Source: an uncultured Oligoflexia bacterium (GTDB taxonomy: Bacteria > Bdellovibrionota > UBA1018 > CAZJVD01). From it: a stretch of DNA of 64,000 bases. The stretch covers positions 108,719-172,718 of the forward strand of contig CAZJVD010000001.1 of the NCBI GenBank assembly GCA_964549505.1. Reading direction: 5' to 3'. Made by a program: the position numbers and the translations under genes. The notes under the pieces are model-generated. The model worked only from the letters and a program-made list of their open reading frames with translations. It did not search any database and was not told the origin of the DNA. Shown here in pieces: positions 10,516 through 20,005 of this stretch; positions within the stretch are counted from its first letter, which is position 1; each line of letters begins with the position of its first letter.

Positions 10516-10949
10516 TGACTGCGAAACCGTCCGATTTGATGGCGTCCTTGAATGGATTTTTGGAGGGCGCTGCGAACATCGGCCATTGAATTCAATACAA
10601 GATTCTGAAGGCGCTCATTAAGTGCAATCACCTGATCGGCAGTCTCGCTTCGCAGCTGTAAGCGCACTTCGACTTCCTTATCGGCACGAAGATTCGAAAG
10701 TTCTTCCGGCGTCGTTGCCGCGAGGACTTGATCGATACGGGTTCCAAACCATTGAACGGACGCCAGGATCGAAGCACGTTGCCGTTCAAGACTTTCGAAG
10801 TCTTCTAAAGCAAACTCAGTTTGTGAAATGAGGGAAATCTGCTTTTCCATAACTACTCTAAGACCCTCGAGCGAACGAACGTGCGCACCCAAGAGAACGG
10901 ATAACTTATCCACGGTTACCCTCCGGGGCTTTCTTTGCAGCTCCTGCAC
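10473..10949 (-). CDS. Hypothetical flagellar-locus protein, all helical (possible FliT/FlgN-like export chaperone)
   Basis: 158 aa helical ORF immediately downstream of fliD-fliS in the same direction, overlapping both neighbours by a few codons. No recognisable motif. The call rests on position only. Confidence 0.3.
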   Translation of the reverse strand: MQELQRKPRRVTVDKLSVLLGAHVRSLEGLRVVMEKQISLISQTEFALEDFESLERQRASILASVQWFGTRIDQVLAATTPEELSNLRADKEVEVRLQLRSETADQVIALNERLQNLVLNSMADVRSALQKSIQGRHQIGRFRSHWTTTAGNEVDEQR

Positions 10950-11325
10950 GCTCTTTGAGAACCTTCTTCACGGCCTCACGCCACGCACCCAGTAAGTTTT
11001 CAAGCATTTTCACGACGAACTCGAGCGGCGCTTTCGTATTCTCAGAGTTCGCCTTTAGCAGCTGTTCAACCATGAAGCTGTAGAGGCGCTCCAGATCGGA
11101 GGCCACCTTTCCGCCCACTTCAAAGTTTAAATTGTTCGCGAGCTCATTCAGAATATCGTGGGCTTTACCGATAGCCGCTCCACGGCCTGCGATATCCTTG
11201 TCGTCAATGCATTGGATCGCCGTACGAAGATGTCGAATCGTCGCTTCGTAGTACATGAGCAGAAGCTGCTCCGGTGTCGCAGTCAGAATCGATGCTTCTT
11301 TGTACTTGCTAGCCCCTTGGCTCAT
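10906..11325 (-). CDS. fliS: Flagellar export chaperone FliS
   Basis: Start YKEASILTATPEQLLLMYYEATIRHL and about 139 aa length match the FliS family. Lies directly downstream of fliD. Confidence 0.8.
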   Translation of the reverse strand: MSQGASKYKEASILTATPEQLLLMYYEATIRHLRTAIQCIDDKDIAGRGAAIGKAHDILNELANNLNFEVGGKVASDLERLYSFMVEQLLKANSENTKAPLEFVVKMLENLLGAWREAVKKVLKERAGAAKKAPEGNRG

Positions 11326-11328
11326 GGA

Positions 11329-12726
11329 TTACCCCAGTAGTTGTTGAACAAGATTGCCGCCCCCCGTGCTGCCTAGTGTGGCCTGCACATACTGACCCTG
11401 TTGCTGAAGTGCTCCCAGTGCTCCCTGTAAGCGTGAAAACTTCTCTGTCAGTGTTTTCGTTCGCTGCTCGAGATACCGCGATTTCGTATCGATATTGCGA
11501 TCGATTTGATCGATGCGGCTCTGTAGTCCTTTTTCGCGAGTGGTGAGTAAGCCATCAAAGGGTCGCGTCCAACCCTTGAGGACCTCGCTCATCTGATAAC
11601 CAAAACCGAAGTCTCCGGCGAGAGCTTCCGAAACGCCATCGTAGTCCTTATCGAGAGCCTGATTCAACTTGTCTTCACTGAACGTCAGCGAGCCGTCCTT
11701 GGCGAAACTCACGCCGACCTCACGCATATGAAGAATCTTCGGCTCTTCGTTAGAGTTGAAGCCTGCAAGAAAGCCTTCATGCATTAGGTTTCTCAACCGG
11801 TACTCAACGGATTGAAGGCTCGTGTCGCCTGTAAACTTTGTACTCGTATCTGTCTTATCATCCACGGCGTTCTGCAAGTTGATGAACTTCAATATCTCGT
11901 TGGTTTTCTCGACCACTTCTTTCACTTTTGCGGCGATTTTCTGTTTATCCAGATCAATTTTCATCGTGAATGTTTCGCCGGGACGCGCTTGCTTGAGTTG
12001 AATATTCACGCCCGTAATGAAATCAGGGACATCGTTCCCATTGCCTTCGACTTCAAAGCCGTCGACTTTCATCAGTGCATTCTCAGAAAGAATATCGTCT
12101 TCGACCCAGAACGATCGCCCATCGAGGAAGTACAACTGCGGGAACTCGACGCCGTTATAAAAGCCGTCCTTCTTAGATGTGAGCAGTAACCGATAGCGTT
12201 CATTCTGATCGTAAGCGTCCTGAATGACCGCAGCCTGAATTGGAGCGTCCTTGGTTTCGTTTATCTTCTTTGCAATGGCGTTGAGGCTCGATTCGGATTC
12301 GTCGACAAAAACACTCCATGTGTCGCCGTCAGCCTTGTTCACAACAACATATCCAATACCAAGATTCCTCTGATCCGGATCTTCAACCGGATTCGTGATC
12401 ATAGACGAGCGATTGGCGAGGGCTTCGATTTCCATTTGATAGCTGCCTGGGACCGCTCGCTCACGATCGACGGTGACATTCATGAGTGAGGCGCCATCGC
12501 CGAGATCGACTTTGAATTCGCGGAGGTTTTTCTGAGTGGAAATCTTGTCGAGTGCGGTCTGAAGACCAGTAAACTTCCCTTTGAAATCTTTGAAGAGCTG
12601 GAGCTTCTGTTGCTCCTTGGCCTTACGCGCTTCGAGCTGTTGGATAGGCTGGCTCTCGACCTCAATGATCTGTTGGACAAATTGCTTGAATTTGCCACCG
12701 CCAATTGGGTCAAACCGTAACCCCAC
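11329..12726 (-). CDS. fliD: Flagellar filament cap protein FliD (hook-associated protein 2)
   Basis: 465 aa. N-terminal GLRFDPIGGGKF...IIEVESQPIQQLEARKAKEQQKL and a C-terminal coiled-coil region typical of FliD. GTG start with a perfect AGGAGG RBS 7 nt upstream. Confidence 0.8.
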   Translation of the reverse strand: MGLRFDPIGGGKFKQFVQQIIEVESQPIQQLEARKAKEQQKLQLFKDFKGKFTGLQTALDKISTQKNLREFKVDLGDGASLMNVTVDRERAVPGSYQMEIEALANRSSMITNPVEDPDQRNLGIGYVVVNKADGDTWSVFVDESESSLNAIAKKINETKDAPIQAAVIQDAYDQNERYRLLLTSKKDGFYNGVEFPQLYFLDGRSFWVEDDILSENALMKVDGFEVEGNGNDVPDFITGVNIQLKQARPGETFTMKIDLDKQKIAAKVKEVVEKTNEILKFINLQNAVDDKTDTSTKFTGDTSLQSVEYRLRNLMHEGFLAGFNSNEEPKILHMREVGVSFAKDGSLTFSEDKLNQALDKDYDGVSEALAGDFGFGYQMSEVLKGWTRPFDGLLTTREKGLQSRIDQIDRNIDTKSRYLEQRTKTLTEKFSRLQGALGALQQQGQYVQATLGSTGGGNLVQQLLG

Positions 12727-12806
12727 CCGTTCCTCCTAAACAAATAGCGACACCTCGGCCTTCAATAGCCGGGATAACAGTTCAATTATGCGTCAGAGGT
12801 AGAGAT

Positions 12807-13565
12807 TTACAAACCGGAAGTTTCTACCGGTTCAATCCACGATTGATCCGGCGTCCACACGAAAATCTTTCGGTCGGATTTTACATAGCCGCAGTTCACC
12901 AGCTGCTTCGGGACGGACGAAGCGGGTGGCTGCTCTCGAAAATCGTCAAAGATATGGCAGTGCCCTAAAATAACGTAGTCGAAACCTTCGTCCCAGCGCT
13001 GCCGAGCGAATCTTCGAAAGCGATCGCGAATCAGAACGTGCCTGGGATCGCTTTCCGAAACCTGATTTTTCTGAACGGGTCCGTTCATCACGCGGCCCAC
13101 CCTCTGAACCAACGACCCGGGAAAAACACGAGAAAGAAAACGAACAACGGGTGTTCGCAAAACCCATCGTAGAAGCAGATAGCCATAATCTGATCGATCG
13201 ACCTCATCCCCGTGAGCTATAAAAAAAGAACGCGCATCGAAGCGCATCGCAGCCGGCTTTGAATAAGAAAAAAACTTAGCCGAAGCAAACTGGTCGGTGA
13301 GCGCATCCAACTGAAAATCATGATTTCCCTCAAACCAATGAACCTCGAGGCCAGAGTCCATCCACCGCTTCAACGTCTTTAGAAAGGTTTCATAAGTCAG
13401 AGAAAAGGCTGGTTGAGCGCCCAAGAACACATCCAAAACGTCACCAACAAGAATCAAATGAGTCATACCAAGGGCACGCTGTGCCTCTAGCGCTCGTAGG
13501 AACTCTGAAAAAAATGGATCACGATCGGATTCGAGATGCACATCCGACGCAAAAACAGCACGCAC
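12807..13565 (-). CDS. lpxH: UDP-2,3-diacylglucosamine diphosphatase LpxH (calcineurin-like phosphoesterase)
   Basis: ASDVHL...LILVGDVLDVF...FEGNHDFQL...GHCH metallophosphatase motifs in LpxH order. About 250 aa. Confidence 0.7.
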   Translation of the reverse strand: MRAVFASDVHLESDRDPFFSEFLRALEAQRALGMTHLILVGDVLDVFLGAQPAFSLTYETFLKTLKRWMDSGLEVHWFEGNHDFQLDALTDQFASAKFFSYSKPAAMRFDARSFFIAHGDEVDRSDYGYLLLRWVLRTPVVRFLSRVFPGSLVQRVGRVMNGPVQKNQVSESDPRHVLIRDRFRRFARQRWDEGFDYVILGHCHIFDDFREQPPASSVPKQLVNCGYVKSDRKIFVWTPDQSWIEPVETSGL

Positions 13566-13595
13566 GCTTTTTCGTAGCGGCTTTGTGGTCTGTTA

Positions 13596-14270
13596 TCAAG
13601 TAGTTTTCTGATGCGAGCGGAATGACCAGTAAAATGTCGATCCTTGTCCCGGTTCCGACTCGACCCAGATCTTTCCGCCGTAACCTTCGACGATCTTCTT
13701 ACAAAGAGCGAGGCCCAAGCCAGAACCGGGATAGGTTTTCTTTGGATGCAACCTCTGGAGAACCTTAAAAATCCTTTCGAACTGACTCGGATCGATCCCA
13801 ATACCGTTGTCGCGAACCGTGAACACATGCCCCTCGGCATCCGTCGTAACAGACACATGCACACGGACTGGCTGTCGTTCGTTGAAACGAACCGCGTTTC
13901 CAAGTAGGTGCTCAAACAGCAACACCAAGTGCGCACGCTCCATCATGATCTCTGGCAAAGCATCGGCCGTGATCTCGATCGGTGTCGGTTTGACGGTTTG
14001 TTGAAGGCGCCGCACCGCCTCGTCGAGAGCAGCTTTTGCCGAGACTGGAGGTCCGTCGACGGACTTCACTTCAGCCTGTATGTAGCCGACCAGATCTTTC
14101 ACCAGCGCTTGCAAATGCCTAGCATCGCTTTCAATAAAGTCGAGACAGCGACGTGAGTCCTCGTCAAAACGAGCGGCCTCTTTCTTGTTCAGGATTCCGG
14201 CATACGTAACAATAGTCCGCAGACACTGGAGAAAGTCGTGAGAAACGAGGTAAACCCATTCTGGAGCCAA
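13596..14270 (-). CDS. Histidine kinase core with no sensor domain (HisKA + HATPase_c)
   Basis: H-box SHDFLQCLRTI. N-box and G-boxes (VRDNGIGIDPSQ..., GSGLGLALCKKIVEGYGGKIWVESEPGQGSTF). Confidence 0.75.
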   Translation of the reverse strand: MAPEWVYLVSHDFLQCLRTIVTYAGILNKKEAARFDEDSRRCLDFIESDARHLQALVKDLVGYIQAEVKSVDGPPVSAKAALDEAVRRLQQTVKPTPIEITADALPEIMMERAHLVLLFEHLLGNAVRFNERQPVRVHVSVTTDAEGHVFTVRDNGIGIDPSQFERIFKVLQRLHPKKTYPGSGLGLALCKKIVEGYGGKIWVESEPGQGSTFYWSFRSHQKTT

Positions 14271-14330
14271 GCTTCTTTATCTTCAGATAGCTTGGCGCTA
14301 CTTCAACTAAAATTTTCTTATACGATGTTT

Positions 14331-14350
14331 CAGTGACAATTCTGTCACTG
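14331..14350. promoter_or_regulatory. Perfect 8-4-8 palindrome CAGTGACA-ATTC-TGTCACTG in the divergent HK/RR intergenic region
   Basis: Read directly from the sequence. Sits about 50 bp upstream of the OmpR-type regulator start. Candidate operator. Confidence 0.3.
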
Positions 14351-14400
14351 TAAAAAAATTAAATGCGTTGCCCTGGGGGTATTCGCTATCCTGAGAGCTC

Positions 14401-15111
14401 ATGGCATCCATTTTACTAGTCGATGATGATGGCGAAACAGCATTTATCATTCGTAGTACGTTGGAGCCGACTCATCAAATCGAAGTCGAAACATCGCTCC
14501 TGAAGGCAAAAGAGCGACTCACACAGGGAAAATTCTCGCTCTTACTTCTCGACGTTGCTCTTCCCGACGGAAACGGAATCGAGTGGTACTCAGAGGTTCA
14601 GAGCTCTTCTCCCCAGATGCCTGTCATCTTCTTAACAGCCGGTACCGACATCGCTGATCAGGCGCTAGGTATCTCCCTGGGTGCCGACGACTATCTCATC
14701 AAACCGATCCATCCGATCATCTTACGTGTGAGAATCGACGCCTGTCTGAAACGCCATGCCGACATCAAAGTCCGCGATGACGTCTTCATCCTCGGCGATC
14801 TCACTTTCCAAGTCGCCAAACAACTCTGCTTCGTGGTTCGCGAAAAAGAGCGGCAACCCATCGAACTCACTCCCCTCGAGTTCAAACTACTTCTGCACTT
14901 CGCTAAGAACGAAGAGATCGTGCTCACACGCGACCAGCTTATGAACGGAGTCTGGGGAAGAGATATTCACATCTACGATCGAACGATCGACACACACGTG
15001 TCGCGCCTTCGACGAAAACTCAAGCCCAGCCGTTACACACTGGAAGCCGTACATGGCGTTGGATACCGAATGGTGGTCGCCCATGACGGGAAGGTCAGTG
15101 ATGACTTGTGA
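14401..15111 (+). CDS. OmpR/PhoB-family response regulator (REC + winged-helix DNA-binding domain)
   Basis: Receiver ILLVDDD...LLLDVALPDGNG. C-terminal LTPLEFKLLLHFAKNEEIVLTRDQL...DRTIDTHVSRLRRKL. Confidence 0.85.
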   Translation: MASILLVDDDGETAFIIRSTLEPTHQIEVETSLLKAKERLTQGKFSLLLLDVALPDGNGIEWYSEVQSSSPQMPVIFLTAGTDIADQALGISLGADDYLIKPIHPIILRVRIDACLKRHADIKVRDDVFILGDLTFQVAKQLCFVVREKERQPIELTPLEFKLLLHFAKNEEIVLTRDQLMNGVWGRDIHIYDRTIDTHVSRLRRKLKPSRYTLEAVHGVGYRMVVAHDGKVSDDL

Positions 15112-15201
15112 ACAAATCTCCACACCTTCTCAACAATTCCATCTTAGACGCTTCATATTTTGTAAACTTGTTCGATATATAATCGTAAATACTTAGTTTT
15201 T

Positions 15202-16839
15202 ATGAACAAACTAAACGTACTTTATATCGAAGATCATCTACCCGACGCCGAGTATCTTCGGTCATTCTTCTTTGACCATTGGACCGAGGCCATCGAGTTC
15301 ACACACTGCCTTGACCTCACCGAAGGCGTGGCCTTCGCAACCGAGCGTGACGTCGATGTGATTCTTTATGATCTCAGCCTTCCGGATGCGAGTGGGACGG
15401 AAGGCCTACAAAAACTCCTACAACATTTCCCTTTGGCTCCGGTGGTAATCCTAACGGGCCTCCACGACGAGGGTCGCGCTCGCGAGATGCTCAAACTGGG
15501 TGCGCAAGACTATCTTGTTAAGGGTGATTTCACACAGTCGGCTCTTAAACGTGTGATCGATCACGCGTACGAACGCAGTCAGTTTCTACGAAAGATCAAA
15601 GCGACTGAAGACGCTTTGCGAACAGCGACCACCGCCGCCCAAGCGGCCTCACTCGCTAAGTCCGAGTTTCTGGCGAGCATGAGTCATGAAATACGCATTC
15701 CTCTCAACGCTATTATCGGGGTGGCTGACCTCTTGATTGAAACTCCCCTCAACGAGCTTCAGCGACAGTACGTTGATATGCTTCAGAAGTCGGGATCTCA
15801 CCTTCTCGATCTCATCAACAATATTCTGGACCTGACAAAAATCGAGGCCGGTGAACTTCAACTACACCATAAGCCGTTTGACATGGGACAACTCCTTCAG
15901 AGCGTTGCCAACTGGGCTTCTCTGAGTAGTCGAATGAAAGGACTCGAGTTCTTCACCGATTTGGATCCAAAAATGGAATCAACCGTGGTCGGTGACGAGA
16001 TGAGACTGCGGCAGGTGCTTACGAACTTGATCGGCAATGCTATCAAGTTCACGCAAACCGGACACATCATGCTTGTCGTCCGAACTCAACCGTCTCCACG
16101 TCCGGGGTTCTGCGAATTTCGTATCGATGTCGCGGACACCGGCATTGGTATTCCAGCCGAAAAGCAAAATTTGATCTTCGAAAAGTTTACGCAAGCGGAC
16201 CAGTCCATCACACGACGATTCGGAGGTACGGGCCTTGGATTATCGATTGTTCGGCGCTTGATCGAAGGAATGGGCGGTCGAGTCACACTCCAGTCGACAG
16301 CAGGGAACGGTTCGACTTTTACGGTATCGGTTCCTTTAGAACTCCAAAAGATCAGCGCGAGTGAGAAAGCGAAACTGCTCCCCAACACAGTCACCGTCCC
16401 TCGGTCGAAAGGTGGGCGCGTACTGATCGTCGAAGACGTTGATGACATTCGATTCGTTCTCGAGCGCTATCTGGCGGGCACCGCCTTCGAGGCGGATTAC
16501 GCGGAGAATGGCCTCGTCGCCTTTGATCACTTCACGAACGGAACCTACGACCTTGTCTTCATGGATCTGCAGATGCCAACGATGGACGGTTACACAGCTG
16601 TTCAGAAGATCCGCGAATGGGAACAGACGAACAAAAGAGCGCCAACCCCAATTGTGGCTCTGACGGCACACGCACTGATCGAAGAAGAGCGCCGTGTACG
16701 ACAGAACGGTTTCTCTCACTACCTCACAAAACCCATACGCAAGACGACTTTTCTATCGGCGATCGACAAATTTCGCGCTTCACCAGCACAACACACAGAA
16801 AGTGAGATCGGAAATGGCACGGAAGGCACCCATAGTTGA
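15202..16839 (+). CDS. Hybrid sensor histidine kinase (REC - HisKA - HATPase_c - REC)
   Basis: N-terminal receiver (VLYIEDH...ILYDLSLPD). H-box SMSHEIRIPLNAIIG. DxGIGI and GGTGLGLSIV ATP-lid. C-terminal receiver (VLIVEDVDD...VFMDLQMPTMDG). Confidence 0.85.
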   Translation: MNKLNVLYIEDHLPDAEYLRSFFFDHWTEAIEFTHCLDLTEGVAFATERDVDVILYDLSLPDASGTEGLQKLLQHFPLAPVVILTGLHDEGRAREMLKLGAQDYLVKGDFTQSALKRVIDHAYERSQFLRKIKATEDALRTATTAAQAASLAKSEFLASMSHEIRIPLNAIIGVADLLIETPLNELQRQYVDMLQKSGSHLLDLINNILDLTKIEAGELQLHHKPFDMGQLLQSVANWASLSSRMKGLEFFTDLDPKMESTVVGDEMRLRQVLTNLIGNAIKFTQTGHIMLVVRTQPSPRPGFCEFRIDVADTGIGIPAEKQNLIFEKFTQADQSITRRFGGTGLGLSIVRRLIEGMGGRVTLQSTAGNGSTFTVSVPLELQKISASEKAKLLPNTVTVPRSKGGRVLIVEDVDDIRFVLERYLAGTAFEADYAENGLVAFDHFTNGTYDLVFMDLQMPTMDGYTAVQKIREWEQTNKRAPTPIVALTAHALIEEERRVRQNGFSHYLTKPIRKTTFLSAIDKFRASPAQHTESEIGNGTEGTHS

Positions 16840-17206
16840 CTTCGAGTTTCTGGAGTCGCATTACGCAGAGATTTTTGGAGGAGAGCATGTTCGATTCATG
16901 AGCGAGCTCATCGAACGCTTCTCGCGATCAGCGCCGTCACGCCTTGGCGCAATCCGACTGGCGATACATGAAAACAACGCCTCTCTCTTGCGTTACGAAG
17001 CGCATGCCCTCAAGGGAATGGGATTGAACATTGGTGGACGGGCTTTCGCCGATCTCTGTAAAACCCTTGAACAGTTAGGCGAAACAGGACAGATCGCCCA
17101 AGCCGACGCTTTGAAAAACGATCTCCAAAATGAATATGACTTGTTGCTCACGGAGCTGTTGAAGTGGAGAGAAACAAATTTGCGGCAAGATTCCGAAGAT
17201 CGTTGA
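16814..17206 (+). CDS. Histidine phosphotransfer (Hpt) domain protein
   Basis: HALKGMGLNIGG phospho-histidine motif in an all-helical 130 aa protein. The ATG at 16814 overlaps the last 26 nt of the upstream hybrid kinase. The ORF-track start at 16694 would overlap much further. Confidence 0.7.
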   Translation: MARKAPIVDFEFLESHYAEIFGGEHVRFMSELIERFSRSAPSRLGAIRLAIHENNASLLRYEAHALKGMGLNIGGRAFADLCKTLEQLGETGQIAQADALKNDLQNEYDLLLTELLKWRETNLRQDSEDR

Positions 17207-17573
17207 TCAGCAGCGGCTTATTCAAAAACCTAAATAGCCGACCATGTTTGCACTCTCGAAGAACAGCATCCTGTGTGCTGGATGACATCAGAACAAGCGC
17301 TGTGCGGCTGTCTTTTCCACCGCGCGCAAGGCAGTTCAGAAGAAGATCCGCACCCGAGTTCTCGTTAAAACCAAGATACATATCCGCCAGGACGGCGTCG
17401 TAACGTAGGCCTAAAGCCTTTCGAAGACCCATTTTTGCCTGAGCTTCCGAGAACGTTGTTGCCCAATCAATGGACACATAAGGCATCGCCAGCCTTAAAA
17501 CGGTACTCAGGTGGTGTTTCTCGAGGTCGTTATCGTCAACAACCAGGATTCGCAAAGGACGCCAGGAACTCAT
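17148..17573 (-). CDS. Single-domain response regulator (REC)
   Basis: LRILVVDDND...AVLADMYLGF...LVLMSS receiver pattern. Internal ATG at 17573 has an AAGGAG RBS and avoids overlap with the Hpt gene. Confidence 0.6.
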   Translation of the reverse strand: MSSWRPLRILVVDDNDLEKHHLSTVLRLAMPYVSIDWATTFSEAQAKMGLRKALGLRYDAVLADMYLGFNENSGADLLLNCLARGGKDSRTALVLMSSSTQDAVLRECKHGRLFRFLNKPLLINDLRNLAANLFLSTSTAP

Positions 17574-17717
17574 ACGTAGGTTCTCCTTACGCTTCAATTA
17601 TAAGAGATGGTTGTGGTGCCATGCGGGAGGGCATGTTGAGAAATCTCTACAATCGGGACACAGCCAACTGACAGCGGGGTTGTAAACTAGAAAAGAAAAC
17701 AGGAAAGGAGGCCGGAC

Positions 17718-17984
17718 ATGAAGCTGCTCTGGAAACGATGGGTTTGGCTGGTTGGACTGGGATGTGTCGATATTCAGCTACCTATAGCATCACAAGAAAT
17801 CCCGAAAGCAATCGACGAGACAGATTGGATTTTTCGAATGCCTTCAGCGACGTTTTTTGACGAGGTTCCAAAACTTCGTCACCCAACCATGAAATTTCCG
17901 CGTGATGGTCCAGCACCGTGGACTACGATCGCGGAGGCTGGTCACAAACTGAAAGGGAATATATTTCATGCACGACGATATTGA
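17718..17984 (+). CDS. Small secreted hypothetical protein (88 aa)
   Basis: Strong GGAAAGGAGG RBS. N-terminal signal-like MKLLWKRWVWLVGLGCVDIQ. No homology recognised. Confidence 0.35.
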   Translation: MKLLWKRWVWLVGLGCVDIQLPIASQEIPKAIDETDWIFRMPSATFFDEVPKLRHPTMKFPRDGPAPWTTIAEAGHKLKGNIFHARRY

Positions 17985-18444
17985 TAAATGGATCGACTAT
18001 CAACGCTTGCGAGCCGCGGAGCAAGAACCAGGCTCACGCCGCGCACTGATTGTCGAAGACGACACAGGTCTACAGACGATTATTCAACGAATCGTAAAGT
18101 CGATTCATCCCGACATGGAAATCGTTTGGGCCACCAATCTCGGTGAAGCGCATCTGGCATTGAAAGAATGCAAGTTTAGCTACAAGCAGTGCCCAGACCT
18201 CATATTGACCGACATCTACTTACCCGGACTTCAGATGGGCACTGCACTCTGGGACTACTGTATGGCTCATTTTCCCGGGACACCGTTCGTGTTCATGTCG
18301 AGCTCACCGGCCGACAGTTATCTCAAGTTGTTTGAGAACCCGATGGAAGTTCCGCCGTTCATCTCAAAACCGTTCACTGTCTCGCAGTGTAAAAAAACGA
18401 TTGAAGCTGCCATGGAGGGAACGACCGGACGAATCGCGACCTAG
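17968..18444 (+). CDS. Single-domain response regulator (REC)
   Basis: ALIVEDDTGL...LILTDIYLPG...FVFMSS receiver motifs with the phospho-acceptor Asp in LILTD. Confidence 0.7.
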   Translation: MHDDIDKWIDYQRLRAAEQEPGSRRALIVEDDTGLQTIIQRIVKSIHPDMEIVWATNLGEAHLALKECKFSYKQCPDLILTDIYLPGLQMGTALWDYCMAHFPGTPFVFMSSSPADSYLKLFENPMEVPPFISKPFTVSQCKKTIEAAMEGTTGRIAT

Positions 18445-18893
18445 GTCGTGAGTTCTGTCGACTGATGAGTGGGAAGTGCCGTCGCTGAAAACCAGTAGTC
18501 CAAAACAACCGTCATCTTTCTCTTAAACTCCTCAAAGTCGACGGCCTTCTGGATGTACGAGTTCGCGTATGATTCGTACGCCCGAAAAATGTCTCGCCAA
18601 AATCCCGAACTACTCATGACGACCACAGGAATCACTTTCAACGTCGGGTCCGCTTTGATCTCATCCAAAATCTCGAAACCATTGCGGCCAGGTAGATTGA
18701 TATCCAACAGAATCAGACCGGGAAGTGGCTGATGGTCAGCCTTCAAGGTCTGTAAGTATGAAAGAGCACTCTGTCCGTTCTTTTCGATCGTGAGTCGAAG
18801 ATCCGCACGAGAATCCAATAGAATCCTCACGAGCTCCACGTCGGCATCGTCGTCTTCGATCAAGAGGACTTCAACTACTCCACTCTTCTTCAT
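18441..18893 (-). CDS. Single-domain response regulator (REC)
   Basis: VLLIEDDDADVEL...LILLDINLPGRNG...VVVMSSS canonical CheY-like receiver. Confidence 0.8.
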   Translation of the reverse strand: MKKSGVVEVLLIEDDDADVELVRILLDSRADLRLTIEKNGQSALSYLQTLKADHQPLPGLILLDINLPGRNGFEILDEIKADPTLKVIPVVVMSSSGFWRDIFRAYESYANSYIQKAVDFEEFKRKMTVVLDYWFSATALPTHQSTELTT

Positions 18894-19990
18894 GGGTTCC
18901 TACCATCTTGAGTGCTGGGTTTTCGCTTTGCAATCGAGAAAATGAATGTTGAACCCTCGCCTTCGACGGACTCGATAACAATGCTCCCACCATGCATCTC
19001 AGCGATTCGTTTGCAAATGGCGAGTCCCATACCGTACCCCGGATCGTTCCTGTCGCGATCCAGACGTTGAAACGGTTTAAAAAGTCGCTGGTGAAACTCT
19101 TTGGGAATACCCTTTCCGTTATCACGAACCATCACGAGCCAAGCATCGGCATCTTCGTGGGCCTCAACACGAACGATCGGCTGGACTCCGGGCCGTCGAA
19201 ACTTGATAGCGTTCTGAATAAGGTTTTGTAAGACCTGACGAATCTTGACTGCATCTCCAGAAATCTGCGGCAAAGAACCCATAAGCACGTCGGCACCCGT
19301 TTCCTGAATCAAAACTGAAAGGTCCGCGAGCGTTTCCTTAACTGTCTGCTGCAGGTCAACAAGCTCGTGATTGATCGAACCGTAGCCACTGCGCGAATAC
19401 TCCATGAGATCGTCCAGCAATACCTTCATGCGCTCGGTGCTCTGAACGACGACCTGTAACCAACGCTGTACTTTCTCATTGGTACTCTGACTGAGCTCGG
19501 TCTTCAGCAAAGTGGCAAACGAGGCGATGTGACGAAGAGGTGCTCTCAAGTCATGAGAGGCAGCGTAGTTGAACTCTTCAAGATTCCGATTACTTTTTGA
19601 TAATTCTTCTGCGTTAGCACGAAGAACCGCTTCGGTTTTTTTTCTCTCTGTAATGTCGAGAATGGAACTGATGACGTATCTTTTGTCGTCCGAAACAACA
19701 GGAGTAAGCCCAATCTCGATCGCCACTTCGCGACCACTTTTGGTCAAGCAGAACAGATCACGCCCCTGTCCCATCGCCCGCGCTGCAGGCGCTTGTCCAT
19801 ACTGCCGACGCAACTTGGGGTGACCCGCTCTCGCATCAGCCGGTAAAAGCTGATCCACACCGAGGCGACTCAGTTCTTCGGCCGTGTACTCAAACAGTTC
19901 CTCGGCTTTCCGATTCGACAGGGCGATCTGACCCTCCTCATCCACCATGAGCATTGCGATAGGAGCGGCATTGACCGCAACTCGAAACAT
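18890..19990 (-). CDS. PAS-domain sensor histidine kinase
   Basis: N-terminal PAS (IAMLMVDEEGQIALSNRKAEELFEYTAEEL). H-box ASHDLRAPLRHI. HATPase (VRDNGKGIPKE..., GYGMGLAICKRIAEMHGGSIVIESVEGEGSTF). Confidence 0.85.
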   Translation of the reverse strand: MFRVAVNAAPIAMLMVDEEGQIALSNRKAEELFEYTAEELSRLGVDQLLPADARAGHPKLRRQYGQAPAARAMGQGRDLFCLTKSGREVAIEIGLTPVVSDDKRYVISSILDITERKKTEAVLRANAEELSKSNRNLEEFNYAASHDLRAPLRHIASFATLLKTELSQSTNEKVQRWLQVVVQSTERMKVLLDDLMEYSRSGYGSINHELVDLQQTVKETLADLSVLIQETGADVLMGSLPQISGDAVKIRQVLQNLIQNAIKFRRPGVQPIVRVEAHEDADAWLVMVRDNGKGIPKEFHQRLFKPFQRLDRDRNDPGYGMGLAICKRIAEMHGGSIVIESVEGEGSTFIFSIAKRKPSTQDGRNP

Positions 19991-20005
19991 ATTCTCGACT
20001 CGCTT

